Below, one piece after another: positions 19,862 to 29,791 of a DNA stretch of 64,000 nt (its first letter is position 1; each line of letters starts with the position of its first letter). Location: the NCBI GenBank assembly GCA_963826785.1, contig CAWGYD010000006.1:224001-288000 (forward strand). The letters run 5' to 3'. The position numbers and the translations under genes were made by a program. Origin of the DNA: an uncultured delta proteobacterium (GTDB taxonomy: Bacteria > Desulfobacterota > Desulfobacteria > Desulfobacterales > Desulfosalsimonadaceae). The notes beneath the pieces were generated by a model, which worked only from the letters and a program-made list of their open reading frames with translations, did no database searches and had not been told where the DNA came from.

Positions 19862-20329
19862 GTCCGCCCTCCCCTATGATGGTTTCGTGTCTGATTTCAT
19901 TTAATGTATAAAAGGCATATGCGCCGCTTCTATGATGAAAGATGATCCCGGACGGTGAAGAACGCAAAATTCGGTTATCGTTTGCAATTAGTATTAAAAC
20001 CGATCTTCGTTCATTGTCAACGAAAACAAAACCGGCATGCATTATGAGTGAAGTCACTTTTCTCCTGCGGATATCTCTTCCTTCGATCAAATTTCCTAAT
20101 AAATAATTTGACTTGCGTGCTTTTCACCGGTATAAATACCCCAGCCGATTTGATGTTGAAGATGCGAAACTCCGGACACGGCCGCCAGGACCGTCATCCG
20201 GCAGATGTGTCAGTCGATCTTTACATAAGGCGAATCCCCCCCGCCAGCCATTTTCCCACGCTTGACTGATCCCAAGAGGGGGCATAGCCTTACCATGATT
20301 TTTCCGGAAGAATTATCACTGCGAGGGGA

Positions 20330-23191
20330 GTGTACATGATTCAGGAAAGCATGATGAAATTTTTACGCCTGACCCGCCCGCCAAAAGAAGGCGAGTCCGT
20401 GGCGGGCAAAATGGATGCGGTGCCGGCTCACGATCATCTGCAGTTTCAGTCCATACTTGACCACATCGACCAGGGAATCATCGCCGTTGATGCCCGCGGA
20501 AAAATCCTGTCCATCAATGCCGCCGCCTGCGTGTTATTTGACCTCGAACCTGAACGTCCGACCGCTTCCATCGACGAACTGGCCGACACCTGCGAACTTT
20601 TCGATGAATCCGGAAACATCATTGCCCCCCACCTCTGGCCGCATACGGAAATCCTCAAAGGAGAACTGTATCCCGCCCAGAATCTGAAGGTTGCGCACAA
20701 ATCCCAGGCCAAATCGCACATCGTCCGATTTACCGGCATGCCGGTCATGAATGATAACGGGGAGCCGGTTCTGGCGGTGATCACCATGCGCGACATTTCC
20801 CGGGATGTCCGGGTGACGGAAATGCTGCGAAATACCCGCAACCGGCTTGCCGCCATTCTGTCGAGCATTCAGGAGGGCTTTATCGTTCTGGACAGGGAAT
20901 GGCGGCTTACCTACATCAACAGCTCGGCGGCCCAGTTGCTGGATTCCACCCCTGACGAAATGAACGGCCGCATCATCTGGGAGGCTTTTCCCCAGTTTTC
21001 GGACACCACCTTTGCCCAGCAGTTTCTTGCGGCGGCGGAAAAACAGGAACTGACCCGTTTCGAGGCGTACTACCCGCCCACGGCCCGCTGGCTCGAATGC
21101 CGCTGCTATCCCGTTCCCGGCGGTCTGACCGTCCTGTTTACGGACAACACCGAACAGCGCCGCCTCAAAGAAATGCTGAAAAACCATAAAGACCAGCTCG
21201 CCGACGTACTGGAAGGAAGCAACGACGGATACTGGGTGTGGGACCTGACCACCGGAAAAGTTGAAGTTTCGCCCCGGTTCCTGGAGATCCTCGGAATGGA
21301 GCAGGAAGATCTTACCCTGGAATACGAGATACTCTATGAAACTGCGCACCCGGAAGACATAGCGGAATTGAAGGAGGCAATCACGGGGGCGCTCAAGGGA
21401 GAAGAAGGGGACCGCTATGAAGCCGAACACCGGATGCGCCATGACGAGGGAAATTACCTGTGGGTTTTCAACCGGGGAAAGGTGACCCGCCGGAACGAGA
21501 AGGGGCGCGCCGTGAGAATGAGCGGGACCATCACCGATGTCACCGACCGGGTTTATGAAAAGGAGCTGCTCGCCTTGAGCGAAGAACTCGCCAGGGGGCG
21601 CCTGTCTGAAATCGAGGCGATTTATCAGTCCGCACCGGTCGGTTTATGCGTCTTGGACAAACGGATGCGCTACATCCGCATCAACGACCGTCTGGCCGAA
21701 ATCAACGGCATCGAGGCCAAGGAGCACATCGGCAAAACCATCCGGGAAGTGCTTCCCGAAACGGCAGATGCGACCGAGCCCCAGTGCCTGAAGGTGATCG
21801 AAACCGGAATGCCGGTGCTCAACGTGGAAATCAGCGGCGAAACGCCGGCCCTGCCGGGGGTGATGCGCTACTGGATGGAGCATTTCTTTCCCTTGCAGAC
21901 CCCGGATGGAAAAATACTGGGCATCAATGTGGTGGTGGAGGACATCACCCAGCGCAAACATGCCGAAGCGCAGCTCAAATCATTAAACGCCACCCTGGAA
22001 TTGCGGGTCAGGGAGCGCACACAGGAACTCCAGTCTTTGAATGCGGACCTGCAGAAACGCTCCCGCCAGCTCCAGAGCCTGACCCTGATGCTTTCGGAAA
22101 CCGAAGACAATGAGCGCCGCCGGCTGGCAGAAATTCTCCATGACGACCTCCAGCAGCTACTGGCTTCGGCACGGCTTCACCTGGGACGGCTGGACACCTG
22201 GGCACAAACCGACAAGAAAGCGGAGGATATCTTAAAGCAGGTCAACGACATCCTGGCCGATTCCCTGAAGAAGACCCGGAATCTGTCCCATGAATTAAGC
22301 CCGGCCATTCTCGGCCGGAACAGCCTCGCCGAGGCACTCGCGTCTTTGTGCAAAAAAATGCATAGCAAACATGCCCTTTCCGTGTCGCTCGACGCCGATG
22401 AAGATGCCGAACCGAGCACCCTCGCGCTCAAAACATTTCTGATCAAGTCGACAAACGAACTGCTGTTCAACGTGGTCAAACACGCGGGTGTCGATCATGC
22501 GCAGATCAGAACCCGGCGGACATCTAATGGCATTGAAGTGTTTATGTCCGATGACGGGAACGGATTCGACCCGCAATGCCTTCAATCCGGCGGCGGCAGG
22601 GATGTCGGAATCGGCCTGCTGAGCCTGAGGGAACGCATCAGCCTGATGGAAGGCCACCTGCACATCGACAGCGCACCGGGACGGGGATCGCGCTTTACCC
22701 TCTTTGTTCCCGATTCGGCAAAGAAATGCCCCGAAACCGACCCTGCACAACCGGTCATATCCACTGAAATTTTTGCCCCCGGAGATGAAGACACGGGCTG
22801 CGGCGGAAATTATGCCATCCTGCTGGTGGACGACCACCAGATGGTCCGGCACGGTCTGAAGGATATCCTGCTGAAGCACCGGCAGATCGGGGTGGTATAT
22901 GAAGCGAAAAATGGCCGGGAAGCCCTCGAAATGGCCGAAAAACACCGGCCCGACCTGGTCCTGATGGATGTTTCCATGCCGCAGATGAACGGCATCGAGG
23001 CCACCTGCGCCATCAAGGAGCGGTGGCCCGACATGCGGGTGGCGGCCCTGTCCATGTATGATGAGCCCGATATCCGGGCCGCCATGCTCAAAGCCGGCGC
23101 CTGCGCATACCTGGACAAGTCCGGCCCCTCCGAACAAATCATAGAAGGCCTGCGCAAGGTGTTTGATTCCCCGGATCGAGCTGAGAACTGA
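20330..23191 (+). CDS. Multi-PAS hybrid sensor histidine kinase (HisKA_3 type) with C-terminal receiver domain
   Basis: Four PAS-like repeats, ERRRLAEILHDDLQQ, NVVKHA, DDGNGF, GIGLLSLRER; receiver LLVDDH...LMDVSMP; start could be a few codons downstream. Confidence 0.92.
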   Translation: MYMIQESMMKFLRLTRPPKEGESVAGKMDAVPAHDHLQFQSILDHIDQGIIAVDARGKILSINAAACVLFDLEPERPTASIDELADTCELFDESGNIIAPHLWPHTEILKGELYPAQNLKVAHKSQAKSHIVRFTGMPVMNDNGEPVLAVITMRDISRDVRVTEMLRNTRNRLAAILSSIQEGFIVLDREWRLTYINSSAAQLLDSTPDEMNGRIIWEAFPQFSDTTFAQQFLAAAEKQELTRFEAYYPPTARWLECRCYPVPGGLTVLFTDNTEQRRLKEMLKNHKDQLADVLEGSNDGYWVWDLTTGKVEVSPRFLEILGMEQEDLTLEYEILYETAHPEDIAELKEAITGALKGEEGDRYEAEHRMRHDEGNYLWVFNRGKVTRRNEKGRAVRMSGTITDVTDRVYEKELLALSEELARGRLSEIEAIYQSAPVGLCVLDKRMRYIRINDRLAEINGIEAKEHIGKTIREVLPETADATEPQCLKVIETGMPVLNVEISGETPALPGVMRYWMEHFFPLQTPDGKILGINVVVEDITQRKHAEAQLKSLNATLELRVRERTQELQSLNADLQKRSRQLQSLTLMLSETEDNERRRLAEILHDDLQQLLASARLHLGRLDTWAQTDKKAEDILKQVNDILADSLKKTRNLSHELSPAILGRNSLAEALASLCKKMHSKHALSVSLDADEDAEPSTLALKTFLIKSTNELLFNVVKHAGVDHAQIRTRRTSNGIEVFMSDDGNGFDPQCLQSGGGRDVGIGLLSLRERISLMEGHLHIDSAPGRGSRFTLFVPDSAKKCPETDPAQPVISTEIFAPGDEDTGCGGNYAILLVDDHQMVRHGLKDILLKHRQIGVVYEAKNGREALEMAEKHRPDLVLMDVSMPQMNGIEATCAIKERWPDMRVAALSMYDEPDIRAAMLKAGACAYLDKSGPSEQIIEGLRKVFDSPDRAEN

Positions 23192-23359
23192 ATACCCCTG
23201 CTTTCATTGCCCCGAGCGTTGACTTACGGGCAAAAAAAATAACGCCCTTTGCTTGCGTAAGGGAAATACCGGGGTTAAAATTATCAGTTGCAGGTGTTCT
23301 TTAATCAATTTGCGACCGTTTTCGAACGGCGCCGGATGCAATGGACGGAAATATTTTAA

Positions 23360-24727
23360 ATGAATGAAAATCCATCCCCGAAGGAGGATCTGCGCGACCG
23401 GGCGAAACAGATCATTGAAAAAAAGGCCGGCCAGCTGAGCAGCCGCTTCGGCGCCGATAAAGAGGCCCTGGTGGAGGAACTCAAGGCCTACCAGATCGAA
23501 CTGGAGGTCCAGGCGGAGGACCTCAGGCAGGCTCAGATGATGGTGAACATCACCCTCCGGCAGTACCAGGATCTCTATGATTTTGCGCCGGTGGCTTACG
23601 TCGGCCTGGACGGGGACGGAAAAATTCAGGAGGCAAACCTGACGGCCTCACGCCTGCTGGAAACCGAGCGCGACCGGCTCAAGGATCGCCCCCTGCGCCG
23701 GTTTGTGGATATTGAGGACACGGATGCCTTTCTTCTGTTTATACGCCAGATGATGAATGGCGGCATGCAGCGCATCATCGACATGCGGCTTTTCGTCCCC
23801 TCAGGCCGTCCGGTCTGGGTTCGGGTAAACGGCCGGTTCATTTCCGGTGCGCCGACGGGACAATCTCTGCTGCTGACGCTGACCGACATTACCGAGCAGA
23901 AGGAGGCCGAAGAAGCCCTCAAAAAGATGCGCGATGAACTGAGCGCCCGGGTGGCGGCCCGCACTGCGGACCTGGACCGGTCCGTCAGGGACCTGCGGAC
24001 CGAGATCGACCACCGCAAACAGGCGGAAACCGAACTGCGCCATTCCCGGGAAAATCTTCGGGACCTTTCCCATAAGACCCTGCTGATGCTGGAAAATGAC
24101 CGCAAGGCCGTGGCCCGGGAAATCCATGACAATGTCGGAGGCAGCCTGGCGGCCATTAAATTTTCCCTGGAGCACGCCATGGCCCGGTCGCCGGTCAATT
24201 CGGAACTCCTGCCCGATATGGAAAAGGCGATCGCCAATATCCAGACCACCATCAAACAGGTCAAACTCATGGCCGCAGGCCTGCGGCCCACCGTGCTGGA
24301 TGATCTCGGACTCGTCGCCACCATCAAATGGCTCTGCCGGCATTTGTCTGAAATCAATCCGGCGGTATCGTTTACCACAAATATCGACATCGCCGAACAG
24401 GAGATCCCCGACTCCCGCAAGATCCTGATTTACCGCATTCTCCAGGAAATCATGACCAATGCGGTGACCCACGGCAAGGGCGACAATGTTTTTCTTTCCC
24501 TGTCCGGCCCCAGCGGGGAACCCGACGGCATCATCGAGATCGATATCAGGGACAACGGAGACGGGTTTGACCTTCGGCCCTCCGAACCCGTGAAGGACCG
24601 GCTCACGGGATACGGTCTCACCACCATCCGCGAGCGGACTGAACTGGCCGGCGGATCATTTTTCATGGACACCCGCCAGGGCCATGGCACCCGCGTTCAC
24701 ATCACGCTGCCCACTGAAACCGCCTGA
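23360..24727 (+). CDS. PAS-domain sensor histidine kinase (HisKA_3 type)
   Basis: YQIELEVQAEDL, PAS YDFAPVAY, AREIHDNVG, LRPTVLDDLGL, DNGDGF, GYGLTTIRER. Confidence 0.92.
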   Translation: MNENPSPKEDLRDRAKQIIEKKAGQLSSRFGADKEALVEELKAYQIELEVQAEDLRQAQMMVNITLRQYQDLYDFAPVAYVGLDGDGKIQEANLTASRLLETERDRLKDRPLRRFVDIEDTDAFLLFIRQMMNGGMQRIIDMRLFVPSGRPVWVRVNGRFISGAPTGQSLLLTLTDITEQKEAEEALKKMRDELSARVAARTADLDRSVRDLRTEIDHRKQAETELRHSRENLRDLSHKTLLMLENDRKAVAREIHDNVGGSLAAIKFSLEHAMARSPVNSELLPDMEKAIANIQTTIKQVKLMAAGLRPTVLDDLGLVATIKWLCRHLSEINPAVSFTTNIDIAEQEIPDSRKILIYRILQEIMTNAVTHGKGDNVFLSLSGPSGEPDGIIEIDIRDNGDGFDLRPSEPVKDRLTGYGLTTIRERTELAGGSFFMDTRQGHGTRVHITLPTETA

Positions 24728-24935
24728 CGCGGGTTTTGATGCAAGCAACGCCTATTTGCTCTTGAAGTCGCCTGTTCACATGCTCTTCAGAAACTATTAT
24801 TGCTGAAATTGCAAAAATCCCTCATCGTTTTTCATGTTTTTTCCCTTCATTGACATCGCAGTCCACTTCGATTAACGTGTCCCCCATGAATTGATAACCG
24901 CGCCTTGAACCCCTATTTGAGAAAATCGTTATTTT

Positions 24936-26453
24936 ATGGCTTCGCATGAATTGAGCGGGTCTGACCGCGAATTTTTCGTACAGATCAGCCGGGCCGGGTT
25001 CATCAACCCGTTTTCCGAAGCCCGCGACGAAATCGATCTTGAAATTTCGGGACTGTCCCCATCCTCGCCCCGGCGGGAGCGGATTGAAAAAGTGGTGGCC
25101 GTCACCGCCGGCCGGATCGCCGCCCTGGAGCGGGAAGGACTGGCGAATATCAGCATGTACAGCGGCGAAGACCGCCGGCTGCTGGAGCGGGCTTTTCTGT
25201 TTGAGCTGTTCTACCGGTTCAAGGATCGCTTCGATCAGTTCATCGACGCCCAGATGCAGGCCGGCGACAGCCCGGTCAAGGTTCCTTTTTACAACGAGGC
25301 CATGGCCGTTCTGGAAAAACGGGGATTTGACGAAGAGGCCTGCCGGCGCTATATCGCACTGGGATTTCAATTCCGCCGGGCCTACTACTTCATCGACCGG
25401 AGTCTGGCCGGGACCAGCCCCTGCATGAAGGCCCTGCGGCTCAACCTGTGGAACAATGTCTTTACCCGCAACATCGATCTGTACGACCGTTTCCTGATCA
25501 ACCGGATGGAGGATTTTTCCACGCTGATTCTGGGAGAAACCGGCACCGGAAAGGGAACGGCCGCCTCGGCCATCGGCCGCTCGGGATTCATTCCCCTGGA
25601 TAAACGCAAAAAGCTGTTTGTGGAAAGCTTCACCCGCTCTTTTGTGGCCTTGAATCTCTCCCAGTTTCCCGAAACCCTCATCGAGTCCGCCTTGTTCGGC
25701 CATAAGAAAGGATCGTTTACCGGCGCGGTGGAGGATTACCAGGGGGTATTCGACCGGTGCAGCCCCTATGGGTCCATTTTACTCGACGAAATCGGTGAAG
25801 TCTCCAAACCCATCCAGATCAAGCTCCTCCAGGTCCTTCAGGATCGGGTATTCAGCCCGGTGGGGAGCCAGAAGGCCAACCGCTTCAACGGACGGGTGAT
25901 CGCGGCCACCAACCGCCCCCTGGACCGGATCCGGAAGGAAGGGCTGTTCAGGGATGATTTCTATTACCGCCTCTGCTCCGATATCGTCATGGTCCCGCCG
26001 CTGCGGCAGCGCATCGCCGAAGATCGAGCCGAACTCGATATCCTGCTCGGCATCACGGTCACCCGGCTGATGGGCAAGGCTTCTCCCGAACTGGTCCGCC
26101 TGGTCAAGGATGCCGTCAGCCGCCAGCCGGGGCCCGATTATCCCTGGCCGGGAAACGTCCGGGAACTGGAGCAGTGCGTGCGCCGGGTGCTGCTCAAGGG
26201 GATGTATGCGGGCGACAGCGCCATTGCCGAAACCGGTCTGGAAGGCCATCTGATCAGCGGCATCGAACAGGGAAATATCGATGCGGCCTCGCTCTTGTCC
26301 GGATACTGCTGTCTGCTCTACCAGCGGCACCAGACCTTCGAAGAAGTGGCCCGCCGCACCGGCCTGGACCGCCGCACCGTGAAAAAGTATATCCAGGACT
26401 GGACCAGTGGAGAAGTTGCCGCAGAAGAACCCGAAGCAGACCCGCAGGCCTGA
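24936..26453 (+). CDS. Sigma-54-dependent transcriptional activator with unrecognised N-terminal domain
   Basis: GETGTGKG, ESALFGHKKGSFTGA, LLDEIGE, AATNR, FRDDFYYRL, WPGNVREL, C-terminal HTH. Confidence 0.93.
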   Translation: MASHELSGSDREFFVQISRAGFINPFSEARDEIDLEISGLSPSSPRRERIEKVVAVTAGRIAALEREGLANISMYSGEDRRLLERAFLFELFYRFKDRFDQFIDAQMQAGDSPVKVPFYNEAMAVLEKRGFDEEACRRYIALGFQFRRAYYFIDRSLAGTSPCMKALRLNLWNNVFTRNIDLYDRFLINRMEDFSTLILGETGTGKGTAASAIGRSGFIPLDKRKKLFVESFTRSFVALNLSQFPETLIESALFGHKKGSFTGAVEDYQGVFDRCSPYGSILLDEIGEVSKPIQIKLLQVLQDRVFSPVGSQKANRFNGRVIAATNRPLDRIRKEGLFRDDFYYRLCSDIVMVPPLRQRIAEDRAELDILLGITVTRLMGKASPELVRLVKDAVSRQPGPDYPWPGNVRELEQCVRRVLLKGMYAGDSAIAETGLEGHLISGIEQGNIDAASLLSGYCCLLYQRHQTFEEVARRTGLDRRTVKKYIQDWTSGEVAAEEPEADPQA

Positions 26454-26595
26454 CCGCCAAACCCGATCTTCCTTCTCCCCCATACCTCTCTTGTACATAA
26501 GCTGTGCACTGCGTGCTGCCCGAATTGAAACCCCGGTCAGCGCAAAGAAATCACATCACCTGAAGTTTAGCGCACTTGGAAAAAACCTGCATTGT

Positions 26596-26613
26596 TTGGC
26601 ACAACCCTTGTAT
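26596..26613 (+). promoter_or_regulatory. Putative sigma-54 promoter (TGGCAC-N5-TTGT variant)
   Basis: TTGGCACAACCCTTGTAT downstream of the activator gene and about 110 bp upstream of the small ORF. Confidence 0.6.
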
Positions 26614-26720
26614 TCTTAATTGGGACGTTCAACCGGAAAAAGAATCCGTTGAACCGGTAACTTCCCATTTGAACAAAAAGGCGCACTTGCGCCTGCCACC
26701 CCCATGAAACAGGAGGAGAA

Positions 26721-26834
26721 ATGAAAGTACAGCAGATCATTATCAGGGATTTGGATGATATTCTGGCCGAACTGATGGAAGTACTGGCCCGGCTGAGCAG
26801 TTGGCGGCCCCTGGGCGACGAAATGCTTCGTTAA
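26721..26834 (+). CDS. Small 37-aa protein MKVQQIIIRDLDDILAELMEVLARLSSWRPLGDEMLR
   Basis: Strong RBS AGGAGGAG directly before ATG; amphipathic-helix pattern; followed by an inverted repeat at about 26871-26945; below the ORF-track cutoff. Confidence 0.6.
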   Translation: MKVQQIIIRDLDDILAELMEVLARLSSWRPLGDEMLR

Positions 26835-27195
26835 TTTTCAATTCGACTCAGGCAAAAACACAAATAAGAGACAGACAACCGGCCCGGGATGCGCTTGCAT
26901 GCGATAAAAACCGCAATGGCATACCCTGGCCGGTGCCGTTTGTCCTGCTGCAGCCCTCCTGCATTTTCACGGTCCCACGTTAGATTTGGCGGTCATACCC
27001 GCGGAAAAATTCATTCATCAAAAGATAACCAACTGTTAATACAAATTTTTCAGCAAAAGAGAACTCACCCGATTTGTCATTTGCGATCAGGCGCCTATAA
27101 TGTTTAGGAAAACGGCGCCGTCCCGGTTTCAGGGAACGGCTATTTTGACTAACCTGCCCGGTTATTCCGGAGTGAAATGTCAGGAGGATCAGCAA

Positions 27196-28593
27196 ATGAA
27201 GAAATATGGTTTAATGATGATAATTCTTTTATTCGCCGCCCATGCGAATGCCTCAAACATCGACACCTTCGGCATCGGGTCGAAAGCCACGGCCATGGGG
27301 GGCGCCTTTTCGGCCTATGCGGATGACGTGTACGCTCCGTATTACAACCCGGCGGGATTGACCCAGATCAAAAATCCACAATTTTCCATCGGAGCGATTG
27401 TCGAATATCCCGATCTCAAGGTCCAAAACTTCGCCGTTCCGGCGCTGGGGATCGGCCCCACGGACGTGGAAGACGATTCCCCCGTTCTGCCCACGCCCCA
27501 TCTGGGTTTTGCCATGCCTTTAAATGACATGATCGGCATGGGAATTGCCGTGTATGCGCCTTTTGGCTTTGACCTGAAATGGCCCAAAAACCCGCAGGAG
27601 AATCCGGCCGCCTACAACGCGTTTGAATCCACCACCGCCCGCCTGGTGGCCACCCCCACCGTCGCCTTTAAATTCAGCGACATGTGGTCGTTCGGGGTGG
27701 GGGCATCTCTGGGCACCGCCCAAAACACGGCCAAACTCCAGTCATTTGACCTGGCGGCGCTCGGTACCGCCGCAACCGGAACACCGATCACCGCATATGA
27801 GGATGTGGACGTGACGGACGATTTCAACTGGTCCGTCAACGCCGGTGTCATGTTCAATCCCTCCGATGCGGTCACCATCGGCGTCACCTACCGCAGCCGG
27901 ACCAACACGAATTATGACGGCGACCTTACGTTCAAGGATCTCGACGCAGCCGAAGTCGCAGTTCTAAATGGATTGATCCAGGCCGGCTCCGGCGGAGCCG
28001 TCGCCGGGCTGACCAAGACCAAATTCGATGTCAGCCTGGACGGGCTTGATTTTCCGGATCAGGTCCAGGCGGGTTTGCGCTATCATGCCTGTGAAGATGT
28101 GTCCGTGGAGTTCGACGTGGTTTGGACCAACTGGGGCATTATCGACAATGAAATACTGACAATAGATGATCCCCAGCTGCAAACCGCGCTTGCGGCATTG
28201 TCCCAGCTGGGCGGAAATCCCACCACCGGCCAACAGATCGTCACCCCCCGGAACTGGAACGACACCGTGCAGATCAAAACCGGCATCGAATGGTGGTTCT
28301 GCGACAACTGGGCCCTTCGCGCCGGCTTCTTCCATGATCCCACGCCCATTCCCGACGACACCTTCGATGCGGTCTGGGCCGATGCAAATAAAAACGCCTA
28401 TTCCGTAGGGCTGGGCTATGTCCTCAATCAATGGACCATCGACACCGTCTTCCAATACACCAAGACCGAAGGCAAACGCTACATCGGCGGTGAAAGCGTG
28501 AATCTGAATGACTCCTTCGGCGGCGCCCCCGTTCAACTCGAAGCCAAGGGGCAGATCTTCGGCGGCGGGCTTACCGTGGGATATGCGTTCTGA
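27196..28593 (+). CDS. fadL: OmpP1/FadL family outer-membrane transporter
   Basis: Signal peptide, AMGGAFSA..DD...YYNPAGL, GIAVYAPFG, beta-strand pattern, C-terminal Phe; AGGAGG RBS. Confidence 0.88.
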   Translation: MKKYGLMMIILLFAAHANASNIDTFGIGSKATAMGGAFSAYADDVYAPYYNPAGLTQIKNPQFSIGAIVEYPDLKVQNFAVPALGIGPTDVEDDSPVLPTPHLGFAMPLNDMIGMGIAVYAPFGFDLKWPKNPQENPAAYNAFESTTARLVATPTVAFKFSDMWSFGVGASLGTAQNTAKLQSFDLAALGTAATGTPITAYEDVDVTDDFNWSVNAGVMFNPSDAVTIGVTYRSRTNTNYDGDLTFKDLDAAEVAVLNGLIQAGSGGAVAGLTKTKFDVSLDGLDFPDQVQAGLRYHACEDVSVEFDVVWTNWGIIDNEILTIDDPQLQTALAALSQLGGNPTTGQQIVTPRNWNDTVQIKTGIEWWFCDNWALRAGFFHDPTPIPDDTFDAVWADANKNAYSVGLGYVLNQWTIDTVFQYTKTEGKRYIGGESVNLNDSFGGAPVQLEAKGQIFGGGLTVGYAF

Positions 28594-28604
28594 TTTTGCT
28601 CTTC

Positions 28605-28643
28605 GTGAAATGTGGGAGGCGGTATCCGCCTTCCACATTTCAC
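28605..28643 (+). terminator. Stem-loop after fadL
   Basis: GTGAAATGTGGGAGGCGG-TAT-CCGCCTTCCACATTTCAC. Confidence 0.65.
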
Positions 28644-28754
28644 ACATTCCCACTGTTCCGGTAAAAACTCGATTTAACCCTACCCATTGCCGCCATCCTT
28701 GACATTTCTCTTATTTTTCCCCATGTTTAAATACAACGATCGATAAGTTCACCT

Positions 28755-28898
28755 AATCTTGATGAAGCCGTAAAAAGTCGGATTTTACGCTTTCGTCATT
28801 CCGGCGGAGGCCGGAATCTATTACAAACTAAGTTGGTTATAGACTCCGGTTTTCACCGGAGTGACGAACTTCGGACTTTTTACGGGTTCATCAATATT
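28755..28898. repeat. MITE/REP-like composite palindromic element
   Basis: Terminal inverted repeats TTGATGAAGCCGTAAAAAGTC / GACTTTTTACGGGTTCATCAA enclosing CGTCATTCCGGCGGAGGCCGGAATC...GACTCCGGTTTTCACCGGAGTGACG. Confidence 0.8.
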
Positions 28899-28984
28899 GC
28901 ATCTTAAATAGAGGATAGACGAAAACCATCTATTCGGGTTTTCGCCGGGCCACTAAAACTCAGAATGGCCGGTATTCGAAACCA

Positions 28985-29743
28985 ATGGCACAAGTCCGGT
29001 TTACCAACCATGCGGGCGAATGTTTGAGCGCCACCCTCCATGAACCCGGCCGGCCAAACGGCGGCGGCCTGGTCATGGGGCACTGCTTCACCTGCTCCCG
29101 GCACACCCGCATCCTGGTTGAACTGGGAGAAGCACTGGCCGGGGCTGGATTATCGGTGCTTCGATTCGATTTTTCCGGAAACGGAGCAAGCGAGGGCAGG
29201 TTTGAACAGTCCACCTATTCAAAGCAGGTGGCCGAGCTTTCATCCGCCATGGATTACCTGGAAGGACAAAAGGTAACGACCTTGTTTCTGGCGGGGCACT
29301 CCATGGGCGGGATGTCCGCCCTGTTTGCCGCCGCCCGGGAGCTCCGGGTCAAAGGAGTGGCGGCCCTCGCGGTGGGGCTGCGGATGCTCTCACCGGAGCG
29401 CCTTTTGAGCAAAGATCAGCAGGCCGCGCTGGAGGAGAACGGATCGGTCCGGTTTTCCAGCCGGGGGCGCGACCTTGACTTGACCCGGGAATTTTTCGAC
29501 GATGCCGCCCGGTTTGACATCCCCGCTGAAATGGGCAGGATCACCTGCCCCGTGCTGCAGGTACATGGCGAAAAAGATGAGATCATGCCCGTTTCTGCCG
29601 CCCGGCAGCTCCATGCCGCCCTTGGCCCGGAATCCGAATGGTTTGAAATCGCCGGCGCCGATCACATGTTTTCAGATCCTAAACACCGAAAGGCGGTGTC
29701 GGAGCGGGTGAGGACATGGATTCATAAAATTTCAACAGTGTGA
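28985..29743 (+). CDS. Alpha/beta hydrolase
   Basis: GHCFTCSR, RFDFSGNG, nucleophile elbow GHSMGG, VHGEKD, GADHMF. Confidence 0.9.
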   Translation: MAQVRFTNHAGECLSATLHEPGRPNGGGLVMGHCFTCSRHTRILVELGEALAGAGLSVLRFDFSGNGASEGRFEQSTYSKQVAELSSAMDYLEGQKVTTLFLAGHSMGGMSALFAAARELRVKGVAALAVGLRMLSPERLLSKDQQAALEENGSVRFSSRGRDLDLTREFFDDAARFDIPAEMGRITCPVLQVHGEKDEIMPVSAARQLHAALGPESEWFEIAGADHMFSDPKHRKAVSERVRTWIHKISTV

Positions 29744-29791
29744 GACCTGAGCATTTAATATATCATCGAATCACTAATCAGGAGTTCCCCT

